From assembly GCF_963676685.1 (NCBI RefSeq), contig NC_092346.1, positions 45,136,001 to 45,200,000 on the forward strand: DNA of 64,000 bases. Direction: 5' to 3'. Of this stretch, positions 1-13,200 are shown piece after piece. A program made the position numbers and the translations under genes. The notes beneath the pieces are model-generated. The model did not search any database, had not been told where the DNA came from, and worked only from the letters and a program-made list of their open reading frames with translations. The DNA comes from Mytilus edulis. Its lineage: Eukaryota. Each line of letters starts with the position of its first letter. The stretch's first letter is position 1.

Positions 1-1132
1 GTCTATCCTCAGATAGTATTCTCCTGTCTGGTTTGTTGGTCTACCTGTACAAGCTCAGGTATATGTGATTAGCGATCTTAATCCGGATATCCCTCAGGCG
101 TTAGAACTGTATTGAATTATAACATAAAAAGCCTAAGGGTTATGCAATTACATGCATTTGATTATAATTTATAAAAAAAATGGCGTCGGGCTACAAAAAA
201 CGATGAAGTTTTGAACAATGGCGGAAGACAATTTAACGATGGCACAAGACAATTTAACGATGGCGTGAGTAATTTAACAATGGCGCCTGTCATTGTTAAA
301 CAGGCCATGGAGATCCGGGCTGCTATATGTCCCACTACAAATGCATTGATTGTCCAAAATAAAGAGGGGGAGTCAAGAGGTGCTGAATCTACTAGGCTTC
401 AAATTAACTGTGGGTCTCAATGCATGTAAGATACGTGGGATTGCGGATTTTTTGTAAGTGTACTATGTAACACATGAAAGTCAAATTATTGTGCCGTGAA
501 AAGAGGAAATGAAGACTGGAAATTAAAAAAAAAAAGAGAATTGCTTACGTACATTGTGAAAGTGTGATACAGGAATCTGACAAAACAGTCAGCGGGATCT
601 GGGATCAGAACCCCCAATGAGACACCCTTAACTTGTACACGACACGTCCAGCCCCATATTTCTAAAAATTCTATAAACTAGATATTAAAATAGGTGTTGG
701 AAATCACTTCAGTCCATGTTCTCGGATCGTAATTTTGCATTTTTCTTGGCTGAATGTACTTTAACGTCTGGTTTCATTAACTTACATTTTATTCCTAATT
801 TTCGACTAGTTTCTAAGTGTTTTAACAGCATTTTCTCTAAAAACACTTCCCTATCTCCCGCCAAATATTCGTTGTCTGAAAAATGTTTGTGAGCAAATGT
901 TTTAACGTAAAAGCTTCTATTTAACACAGACAACATACATAAAAGAAAAATAATCACGGATTGTAAAACCGGAAAAAATAAAAACACACATTTTTCTTTA
1001 TTATTTGATGTTTTTCAACTTTTTTACGTCATTCTCTAAATAAATAATACAGTTTTTACTCGATTAGAAAATGTGTTTCACTGGTGAAAGAGATAAAAGT
1101 AAGAAATTGAAAAAAAGGGGGGGTGAATGTTG

Positions 1133-1161
1133 ACTTCCGGCCAACAAGAAGGATCGAGAAC
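1133..1161 (+). promoter_or_regulatory. CCT4 proximal promoter motifs: ETS-type site and imperfect heat-shock element
   Basis: ACTTCCGG (reverse complement of CCGGAAGT) at 1133-1140; aGAAg-gATCg-aGAAc at 1147-1161, one mismatch to nGAAnnTTCnnGAAn; about 90-115 bp upstream of the ATG. Confidence 0.4.
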
Positions 1162-1248
1162 CAACGTGAACCAGCAGGCAAAATCTGAACCCATCAACAT
1201 CATATTTGTCAATATTTCAACGGTTTATACAGTTTAAAGTAAACTAAA

Positions 1249-4200
1249 ATGAAGGGCAAGGCAGGACCTTCGAGTAATTCCTCAAGATCTTTGTACAAAG
1301 ACAAAGAAAAGCCAACTCAAATCCGTTACAGCAATATAACGGCAGCAAAGGGTTTGTTTACATTAGTTACATTCTTCGAATACACTTTATGCCAAAAGAA
1401 TAATGACTTGTTTATTATAATCAACAAAGAGTCAGTAAATATTTAAGATAACATGTCTAAAATATCTTTCTCCAGCACATTTTTTTTGCAAGGAAAAAGT
1501 AGAGACGTTAAAAATGTGGGACTCATGGTAGATTTCTTTTGTGTCTGACATTTCTTTTTCTTCTTCTTCCATATAAGAGTTGGGTTCCTTGAATGAAACG
1601 TTTAAACTCTGCGGGACTACGCATGGTGACATTACATATCTAGTCCCCTAAGGCTATATACAGTATTTACAATAAAATCAGGTCCTCATTTAGGAGAGGT
1701 GTGTCATAGACCAAAGGTGATCAGGTTGGGGACAACCCACCAAATGGGGAACTGTTCCCCAAATGAGTAACAATCCCTCATTTGAGTAATCATTTTGTAG
1801 TGCTAAAAAACAAAATTTTCTGAACCGAGTCTTTTTTCTTAAAATGGCACATATTCATGAAAAATGCAGCAACTTTTCTAAAAGATGATTATCCTTATCT
1901 TAATTTACTGAGAAGAGACAAGCCTATGAAAAATCAGAAAATTTGACTATTTTCTAGGCTTCTAACTTTTTTAAAACCCACAATAAAAATATATTTCTTT
2001 GGGAGAAGTTGTTCCATTTTGTAAAAATTTGTGCCATTTTACCTAAAAAGACCTATTTTAACCCTTAGACTGCTACGTACGCGCGACTATTGTCGTTCCG
2101 ATAAGACAGTCCGCTACTGCTACTCGCGACTATAGTCGTTTTCCCTAACTCCTTTGTTTACACAGTTACCATGGAATGGGCGGAGCCAATATTCATGAGA
2201 TTGGGGCAGTTTCGACTTGTATGGATTCTGATTGGTTAAAAATCTGCGTTCTTTCGAGTGTCTCTTGACTTTTAATCAGGTATAAGCGATAAAACCGAAA
2301 GTGAAAATTTTTGATGAAAAAAGTGACAAAATGGCGGACATTATTTGGAGAAATGGCCAACACGTTCAGAAGTATTTCAATGATAACTATTTAACAACGG
2401 CGGCCGATTAAAAGGATTTGGACGAGAACCGAAGATATAATAGACAGAAATAGAAACATTCTATCAAAACTGCAAACAGGAGACTTTTAAAGCGAGAGTT
2501 ACGGGGATTCCCAGACCTTGTTCAAAATGGATGACATGAAACAGGATTCACGATGTTTATCATTTCGCCTTTCAAATGTGAATCAATATTGACTGACATC
2601 GATAGACCCGAACTTTAAGTTTGTCAAGATTATATATTGATGAAAGCTTTAACAATGAACTTGTCGTATAAATATATTTGTACATGGAAGTGAAAGTCGG
2701 CACAGTGAAACTTGGAGGAAAATACCGGAAAATATTTGCATAAAAAGGCCGTTGGTCTGAGAAGAAACTCTTATTTTTTGATTGTTTACCTCTATTTGCA
2801 CCTGTACAGGTAAAAAATGACCCAAGATTCACACAAAAATAAAATAAATAAAAAATACAGAATCTAACAATACTTTTTTAAATAACTTTTATTGATGAAT
2901 ATTCAATATTTACAAAGATACAGCAATTGTAAGTGAACATGTTTATTTCATCAGTGATTAAAATTTTACTCAGCATTACACAAAAGTACAATAGAAATCA
3001 ATGCAGCAGCCTAAGGGTTAAGAAAATTTAGTTTTTAGCATTATGAAATGATTACTCAAATGAGGGATTGTTACTCATTTGGGGAATAGTTCCCCATTTG
3101 GCGGGTTGTTCCCAACCTAGTGATGGTTTTGCAAATTCTGTTTGGTCAGTTGTCACTAATAGGGTCTGCTTCATTCATCCAAGTTATAGCTTGATGTGAT
3201 GTCTGAATTCTTGTTAGAATGTTTTGACCAAAAATGGCAGCTGATTTCTTAGCAAATGAAGCAGAGCTGCCTAGACATGTACCTTCAGTTCCAACTGAGC
3301 TCACCCAGCTAAAGATGTCTTTGCAAATGAAGTCCTACCACTGACTCAATCACTCATGTCAATTCTAAAAGCTGTTGTATCCTCTTCTAACAGATGTCTA
3401 TAATTTTGACATTAAATTGAGGTCCATCCTAATTAAGTACTGACTATTGTCCATTTGACTTCTATATATTTGCAGAAAAAAATTCTTAAAAATTCATTTT
3501 TGTCGAGCCTTCGACTTTAGTCGAAAAAGCGAGACTAAGCGATCCTACTTTCCGTCGTCGGCGGCGTCCACAAATATTCACTCTGTGGTTAAAGTTTTTG
3601 AAATTTTAATAACTTTCTTAAACTATACTTGATTTCTACCAAACTTGGACAGAAGCTTGTTTATGATCATATGATAGTATCAAGAAGTAAATTTTGAAAA
3701 AATAAAATTCCATTTTTTCCGTATTTTACTAATAAATGGACTTAGTTTTTCTGCAGGCAAACATTACATTCACTCTGTGGTTAAAGTTTTTAAAATTTTA
3801 AAACTTTCTTAAACTATCCTGGATTTGTACTGAACTTGGACAGAAGCTTATTTATGATCATAAGATAGTATCCAGAAGTAAATTTTGTAAAAAAAAAATC
3901 CATTTTTTCCGAATTTTACTTTTAAATGGACTTAGTTTTTCTGCAGGCAAACATTACATTCACTCTGTGGTTAAAGTTTTTAAAACTTTAATAACTTTCT
4001 TAAACTATCCTGTGTTTGTACCAAACTTGGACAGAAGCTTCTTTATGATCATAAGATAGTATCCAGAAGTAAATTTTGTAAAAAGATAACTCCATTTTTT
4101 CTGTATTTTACTTTTAAATGGACTTAGATTTTCTTCAAGTTGCATACAGTCGGCAGTTAAAGTTTTCAAAACATTTATTAGATTCATTAACTATCCTAGA

Positions 4201-7200
4201 TTTTTACCAAACTTGGACAGAAGCTTCTTACAATCATAAGATAGTATCAAGAGGAATATTTTTTTTGATTTTTACCTCATTTTTGTTGCGCCTGCGATTT
4301 ACAGCAAAAGTAGGCGAGACACTGGGTTCCGCGGAACCCTTACAAATTTTTTATAATTAATATTTTTTTCCTCCATGTATGTTAATATATGATATATACA
4401 AACTCTGACTATCAATTTCATAATTTTGGGTCTATAATTAAAAAAGTTTCTCATTAGGTCTCTATGTTAATTTTATTTTTTGAAGTCTTCATTATCTGAT
4501 GGAGTAAGTATAAGTGGTGTAACAGCCTTCCAATCAAAACAAAAACAACATACATGTGCTTTTAATGTTTGTTTATTTATACCATGTGACTTTGCTGATT
4601 AGAATATATAGATGACCTTAACTGACCAGCAAACAAAAGATTTCATGTCATGTGATTGTTTTAATTGTTCTATATATGATAGGATTCTGCATTGTTCATT
4701 TTTTGTTTAAATAAAATAGATATAGTATAAACTATTAAAACAGTACTCTATAGGCATAGGAAATGAAAATAAATATTGTTTTATATGTTTACCTTCATAT
4801 GTTATGTTAGTGGACATGAGTTATGACAGGATTTATCAACTTTTCATGTTTAATTTAATGGCAGGGAAAAAAAACATTACTTAGGCTTAAATTAAAATAT
4901 TGTTTGTTTGCCCTTTACCGACCGACCCTTGAAATTCGTTCCGCCTGAAAATATTTTATTTGTATTTACCAGCAAGATTTTATTTTATTTTATTTTTTCG
5001 TTCCTACCAAAAATCTTATATTTGTATTTCCCGCTCAAAACTTTTTTACCGGAATCCTCGGGTTTTATCTTTAATGTATAAGGTTCAGTCCGTTTGGTAT
5101 CACCTGAGCGTTTGACATGAACACTTGCATTTGAAGTTTCAAAGCATTTGTTTGAAATCGATGTTAAACGCTTCCTGAAATCATGATATGACGTACGTTA
5201 CTCTGTACCTTTATACTTAAAGAGCAGGGTTCATTTACAAAAAAGTTCGTTTGATACAAAATTATCAACGTGTGTACAAACTAATTTGTAAACGGACGTT
5301 GTATTCCATGTAGGGATGGCCTTTTGTGATCCGCAGATCAGGATGATTATGTTAACGATGCCGCTATATTATTTATATCTGACATGAATCAAAAGTGACA
5401 AAACCCTGTAAAGTGGAGAATATCTGGCAGTAAAATCGCCAAGTAGTCCATGCAGATCATTTATAAATGCGATGTAAAATACGCGACAATTGTCAGAGTT
5501 TTAAGTTTTGTAGCATTTTTTATTTGAAACAAAGGCACACACGAAATTTTTAACACTCTATGGACTTTTTCTACTAGTAATGTATGTCTGCCCGGACATA
5601 TCTTACCAGTACAAAGTTATCTTTTACTGAAATCCTTAAGGTAAGTGTACAAGGTACGTAGTACAGAATATAAATGCAAGTTCAAACTCTTCAAAGTTCC
5701 AGGCATATAAACGTTGAAGATATGTGGCACAGCTCTATATTTTGATATTTGAAAACAAAATAGTAGTGCATATGAATTAGCTTCACATTCTCTGTAATAT
5801 TTTTATTTTTCAAAACTAATAGTCCTAGAAATTTATTTGCAAAAACAAAACGGACAAAAATGACATTATGCAGATTTTGTATCTATAAAATAAAATATTA
5901 TACCTACCTGCCTACCCATGACAAATAATATACCGAGCCAAGTTATTTTTTTTGGGAAAAAAATAAAATATCTTACCTACCTACCTTCCCTGTTTCAAAA
6001 CATAGGGTCGGAAAAGGGCAAACAAACAATATTTTAATTTAGGCCTCACATCAATTTTATTTTTACGGCCATTCATAATCCTCAGTCTCATCTCCATCAC
6101 TAGAATCATCCATTTCACTCTCAGATTCAGAATCAGATTGAATATGTATAACAATTTTTTGAATTTCTTCCTGAATTGCATCATTTTTCCAATAGCTCGG
6201 TTCAATAATATTTTTAACATGATCACATGATTTTAACCACTTAGTTCTATCAATTTGTTCACATCCTCTTTGAATAAGTGATTTAACATCATTAAGTTTA
6301 AATGTTGAATTTTCTTTACCAATAAATCCTTTCAAATCTCCCCATATAAGTTCAATAGGGTTTAAATCACAATGGTAAGGGGGGAGTCTAAGTATGTCAT
6401 GTCCTTTCTTTTTAAGGAATTCGTCTACTTTATATACAGGGGCAATTTTCTTAGATTTTATTATTTCATATAACTTTGGTTTTGTAAACTTGCTATCAAA
6501 TTCGAGACCATGTTTATTTAAAAAGTCTTTCATATCGCCTTTTCGGGAGTTTGATGTTGGATCTTTTGTTCCATCAACACGAACACTGTGGTAGGATGCA
6601 TTGTCCATTACTATAAGACTTTTTGGTGGCAAAGCGGGAACTAGCTGTTTCTCAACCCATTGTTCAAATACTTTGCCATTCATTTCTGTGTGGTAATCTC
6701 TTCCATTGGTGCTCATTCCTTTGAACACTAAATCGCATCCTTTTAAAAAACCTGTTTCACAACCAGCATGTAATACAACAAATCTTTGCCCTTTACCCAG
6801 AGGAATTTTTCTATTTTGTGATTCATCAGGACTGGTCCATTGATGTGAAGTAGTATGATTGGTGTCCACCCATGTCTCATCCAAATAAATAGGTGTGTAC
6901 CCTTTTTCGCGTTTTATTTTAATTGTTCTTAAAAACTGTATACTGTATATATGATGTCTTTCCTTTCGACAAGACCTTTCCTATTTTTATCGATTTTTTT
7001 ATATCTTAATCCCAATCCATGTAGGGTTTTCCATAACTTATACTTCGATAAAACAAGATCATGATCTTTCTCCAATATATTTTTCAGTTTTTTTAATGTA
7101 ACACATTCATTTTTTCTAAATTGCTAATGAACAATAGTCTTTATCATGTCTTTGTCAAACTGGTCAAGGGTATCCTTTTTTGGTGCAATTTTTGAATTTT

Positions 7201-10200
7201 GATTTTCTCCTGGCCTATTATTTAATTTGTTTATAAAACTTTCACTTATCTTTAAACATTGTGCAGTTCTTTTTGTGATTTTATTCCAGGAATGAAAAGG
7301 AGCTCCTCGCTTTGGCTCTGCATCAAAATAATTATACACTTTTAGGATTATATCTTTTTTCTCTTTTGAAATTTTGGGTGGCATTGTAATTCCTTTATTT
7401 TAATTTTAGTAGGGGAGACAATTGTTAACAATAAAAAACTGAAAGATTTTTTTCACCCACAAAGGTTTTTATTAAATGAAACAATTTGCTACTTTCAAAA
7501 TATGAAGTTCCTTTTTCCTTTTTTTAAAAACCATATTTTATTATTTTCTTAAATTGTTTACTTCCAAGATGTGCATTTTGCACATTGATAATAACTAAAT
7601 GTATATTAAGTTTAGTTCGTTTTTTAATAAAACTTTTCAGAGCCTCTTTGAATTGGTTATATGAAACTCACTATGCTAAAAGCATGAAAAACTTGTGTAT
7701 AGTAAGTTTACTTATAAAATGATTTAAAAATCAATAATCAAAACTATAAAGTGATGATCATTTTCATTGGTGTTTTTCAATATTTAAATATACAAAGTCA
7801 CATGATACAAATAAACAAACATTAAAAGCACATGTATGTTGTTTTTGTTTTGATTGGAAGGCTGTTACACCACTTATACTTAACTTACTCCATCAGATAA
7901 TGAAGACTTCAAAAAATAAAATTAACATAGAGACCTAATGAGAAACTTTTTTAATTATAGACCCAAAATTATGAAATTGATAGTCAGAGTTCGTATATAT
8001 CATATATTAACATACATGGAGGAAAAAAATATTAATTATAAAAAATGAATTTTTAAGAATTTTTTTCTGCAAATATATAGAAGTCAAATGGACAATACTG
8101 TAACTTGAGAAGTTGAATTGAAAGGATTTTAAGACACTTGACCTGATTTATGCCATGCCTTTGACCTTTCAAAACAAAATATGTTATGTGAGGTGCTTCT
8201 TCTTGCCTACGGTTCTTCATTTTCTTCAGTTAATCTTTTCTGTAGTTTACTCTTGTATTGTTGAATTATGATATGCTTAATTGATAGGAGGAAGAAATAT
8301 TTCAAACTGTTTCTGACCTGCTATAAAGAAAATATACTATAGTATTATGATGATTCCTGTCTGGTTCATTTTACAATTGGAAACACTCAACTTAAACCAT
8401 TGTAGAAAAGTAATTTATATTGGGACATGGCATAACAGACCACGAAGTAAAAAATTAAAAAAAGTAATGTGCTAACACCTACATTTTCCAACAGAGTTCT
8501 CATTACAGAAGGCAAACTCGAATACTCCACATGTTGATATCAAAGTGATATCTTCTAAAGTTTAAACTAGTACCTTCCTCAGTCACACTTGAACTGATTG
8601 CACATGTTGAAATGGTATTTCAAAAATTAATATAATTCATAGAAAAGATGACAGGAAGTACTGAAAATATAGACAGTGACAAGATTACAACATATTTGAA
8701 CATACTCTAAAGTGCGTATGTTTTAACATATGTAGGACTCCAAAGTGTGATGGGGACGCTAAAGTACGATGGTCACGCTAAAGTGCGATGGTCTATGCTA
8801 AAGTACGATACCTCATGCTAAAGTGCGATGGTATGGGAAAATATAGACGTAAAAACGTAGTTTGATTATGACGATAACAGTCATTTATATTAACTAAAAA
8901 TTGAACACACCAGAAGATAAATTACAAATATATATTTAACACCTTTAAAACCAAATGTCAATGACTAGACTATTTTGTACCCTTTTGCCATCGCACTTTA
9001 GCGTGATATTCCATCGTACTTAAGCGAACACACAACCATCGCACTTTAGCGTGAAACACCAATGTACTTAAGCGTAGACGATGTACTTTAGCGTGACCAT
9101 TGCACTTTAGAGTACCATCGCACTTTAGAGTCCTACACATGTACCAAACAAATCTCTAAGACCTGAATCCCCAGAAAAAGATGCATACTAAGATTTACCC
9201 ATACTCCTGACAGCCTATTTTTATAATTTTATTTTTAGCTGTAGCTGATGCTATCAGGACAAGTCTTGGTCCAAGGGGAATGGACAAAATGGTGAGTTAA
9301 ATATTATTTATACTACATGTAAGTAATACAAAACTTTCAAGTTTGATGCATTTCCATTAAACATTTTTTTTTAGTGAACATCTTTAACACGTTTATGGGC
9401 AAGGTCAATTCTGTTCCCATGTTGAGCGAGTGGTTGGAAAATTGTGATGCTATCTTGCTTGAATTATTTATGTATTTTATAAGGAAAGATAAAAAAAAAA
9501 TATATACATGTATGTAGATAGTTAATATCACATGATGAAAGAGTACAAAATTTCAGAAAACTTGTGAGTAATATCAAGACTTGGAAAAGTGTACTGATTG
9601 TTGAATAAATCAATTTTCTTTCTTTAGATACAATCTTCCAATGGAGATGTAACTATCACTAATGATGGAGCAACAATCCTGAAACAGATGCAAGTTCTTC
9701 ATCCTGCTGCAAAAATGGTATATTTATATACATGTATTATGAAAAGAACATAAAATTATTCATACTTTTTGATTCCTAAGGTTTTTTTTAGTGTGTGGAA
9801 TTTTTTTTTTTTATTGATTGAAAAATGAAAGTTTCCTTACAGAGAAATAATTTTGTTTTTAAAAAGTCTTAAAGGATATTTGGAAGTATTATGGTATGAT
9901 GATGTCTATCTGTCCATCAGATCTTCTAATCTATGGATGTAAGCCCCATTTGTCAGATTTGAATATTTGGGGTCATTTCAGAGTAATGGGGTAATAGCCT
10001 CAGATCTAAGATAATATATACATATCTTTTTATGCTTATATCCCAGAACAGTTTTTTTATTGAATTCCCACACTGCAGAACAATTTCTATGTTATGATGA
10101 CTATAGTTGTTCATGTATTTTTGTCGAGCCTGCGGCGGCGTTAGCTAACTTCTTAAAAGCTTTATATTTTAGAAGGTTGAAGACCTGGATGCTTCATACT

Positions 10201-13200
10201 TTGTTTATGGATGCCTCATTTTACGAAATTTCCGTCAATCCAATGACCAATGTCCTTGACCCCATTTTTATGGTTCAGTGACTACTTGATAAAAAGTTAA
10301 GATTTTTTGCAATGTTAAATTCTCTCTTATTGTAAGTAATAGGATAACTATATTTGGTATGTGCATACCTTGCAAGGTCTTCATGTCTGTCGGACAGTTT
10401 TCATCTGACCTTGACCTCATTTCATGGATCAGTGAACAAGGTTAAGTTTTGGTGGTCAAGTCCATATCTCAGATACTATAAGCAATAGGTCTAGTCTATT
10501 CGGTGTATGTAAGCACTGTCAGGTGTACAGTGCTTCCATACACCATCAGGTGTACATGTCCAACTGGCAGGTGTCATCTGACCTTGACCTTATTTTCATG
10601 GTTCAGTGGTTATAGTTAAGTTTTTGTGTTTTGGTCTGTTTTTCTTATACTGTATGCAATATGTCTACTATATTTGGTGTATGGAATGATTGTAAGGTGT
10701 ACATGTGTAGCAGGCAGGTGTCATTTGACCTTGACCTCATTTTCATGGTTCAGTGGTCAAATTTAAGTTTTTGAGTTTTGGTCTTTTCTTCTAATACTTT
10801 ATGCAATAGGTCAACTATATTTAGTGTATGGAAATATTTTATGATCTCTATGTCAGTGGTGCAGGATTTATTTGACCTTGACCTCATTTTCACGGTTCAT
10901 TGCTCAGTGTTAATTAAGTTAAGTGTTTTGGTCTGTTTTTCTTAAACTATAAGAAATAGGTCAACTATATTTGTTGTATGGAAGAATTCTTACCTGTACA
11001 TGCATGTCTGGCATGGTTCATCTGACCTTTACCTCATTTTCATGGTTCATTGGTCAATGTTTAGTTTTCTTGGTTAATGTTAAGTTTATGTGCACATGAC
11101 AGTTGTATAAAAGCTTTATATTTAGGACTATCAACATAATATCAATGATTGGTAAAGAAGGCCAGACATTTCAGCGTGTGCACTCTTGTTTATATATTAT
11201 ATATTTTTTTCATAAGTGAGTTTCCGTATATTTCAGTTGGTAGAATTATCAAAGGCACAAGATGTAGAGGCTGGTGATGGCACCACATCAGTGTGTGTTA
11301 TTGCTGGTAGTCTGTTAGATGCTTGTCACAATCTCTTGGCCAAAGGTCAGTTTATTTCATTTATATTGTTGCTAAAATTGACTTAGTACTGTATTTTTAA
11401 AAAGAATGAGCAGAAATCAAAAAAAATAGTCAAACAATTCAATGAAATGCATTTACTGTTTGGTAAAAGATATATATCATTACAAGAAAGTACAGTATTT
11501 TAAAAATCCTGCAGAAAAGAGCACTTCTACACATGGGATGTCAAGTTAAGATCACAATTTTAACAGACTTTAAAAAATATGGTTCATGATTTGGGATTAA
11601 ATGTAGGGACTGAGTAAAGAGTATAAAATAATAATAAATATGTAAAAACTTTTTTCTTCTTATACCTTCAGGAATCCACCCTACAAGTATATCTGAGGCA
11701 TTCCAGAAAGCTTCAGACAAAGCTATCAAGATACTTCAGGGCATTGCTACACCAGTTAAATTGTCAGATAGAGAATCTTTATTGAAAAGTGCATCCACGT
11801 CATTAAATTCTAAAGTAAGTAATATACAAGACGGGGACCATGCTGTGCGTTGCCAATGTCGCAATTTGCGATTTTTTGATCTGACGACTAAATACGGCTG
11901 CTGGCGATATTTCTGGCGCCAACATTTTCTTATGTAAAAAAAATCATTTCTTGACAATATCGATCTCCATTTTAATTGGTAAAAGTTTTAAAAAAAAAGT
12001 AAATTTTACACAATTTTACCTGTCGACAAGTTTATGACTTTGTTTACGACCCCAAGCTAATCAACAGTTACAACAGGTGTCATAATCTGTTGTTACAGGT
12101 ATTCCATTTATCGGACCACTGGCCTGTCAAAAACTCATTTTCAAGAATTTTTAAGAACAAAAAAATTTTGCTCGCTCGCCCCATATTTTTTTAGAGCAAA
12201 TGTCCGAAGAACTATTTATCAAATTGGTGTGGCCTTAGTATTACATGTTAAATGATGTAAAGTGCAGGCTGAGTGCATAAATTTTTTTAATTAATCATAG
12301 TTTAAATTTTTGTAGAAGAAATAAAGACTAGCTGGTTCTAAAGTTTGCTCCAAGTTTTAAAACTGGCGATTTTTCTGGCTTCAAATTTTTGGGAGCCAGA
12401 GCAGCCCCTGCAAGATATTATTATTTTTTACTGTGCTGGATTCAAAAGATTTGGCAAACATAATGTTCAAAGATAAAGTGTCATTTCTCAGTTTGATGGT
12501 AACAAAAGAATACAAAATATATAGAAGTTTAAATGTCTTGTCAGAAAGTTGAGCTTTAAAAAGAAGATATCAGATGCAACACTTGAATTTTGTGTTATTA
12601 TGATTGCTAAATAAGGATACATTGAATAGTTAGTTTAAATTCCAAGGTTTAAGAAATGCACAATCCAAAAAGAAAACCGTAGAACAAACTTTCCAGACAT
12701 GAAACACGTACATTCTAAAAAAGAAGACGTATTGAAGCTTCTAACTGTCAGATTTTACAGTGGTTGGTTTTAAGAACAAAACATAACTTAACACACCAAC
12801 ATTATCAAGTGTCGGTAGAAACAAACAATATTGTCTTTGAATCCATTAATTTTAGTAAACATTACTGCACAGTATATTTTACTTATTCTACCAAGGAAAT
12901 AGACTCATATGATTATCATGAATGCAACAAATACTTGATTTTGTCATAGGTGGTTTCTCAGTATTCAAGTTTGTTGTCACCAATAGCAGTTGATGCTGTG
13001 ATGAAAGTAATAGATCCAGCAACAGCTACCAATGTTGATCTTCGAGATATTAAAATGGTGAAAAAGTTGGGGTAAGTATGTTTGTTTCTGATAATAAATT
13101 TCTGATAATAAATTTACTTCCTTGAAAAGTGTTATCTTTTAACCTTTCATAGTGATCAATTTAAAAAAAAAAGTTGTGTTTATACTCCTTGAAACATTTG

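Larger units (their letters stand above)
3440..8100 (-). mobile_element. IS630-Tc1-mariner DNA transposon, Sailor (DD82E-group) type, with about 307-bp TIRs and two nested insertions
   Basis: Right TIR 7794-8100 ends ...GACAATACTG|TA. Left TIR about 3440-4593 is interrupted by the 3502-4346 insert and has a slightly eroded tip. Internal transposase on the - strand. Confidence 0.88.

Noticed and set aside
211-987. 72-aa and 92-aa ORFs upstream of CCT4
   Set aside because: Non-ATG starts; the first is built from ACAATTTAACGATGGC repeats of a probable MITE remnant and the second is low-complexity AT-rich sequence.
9532-9597. Possible box C/D snoRNA in CCT4 intron 2 (ATGATGA...CTGA)
   Set aside because: Weak terminal stem, only 30 nt from the acceptor and no rRNA complement I can recognise; needs snoscan/Infernal.
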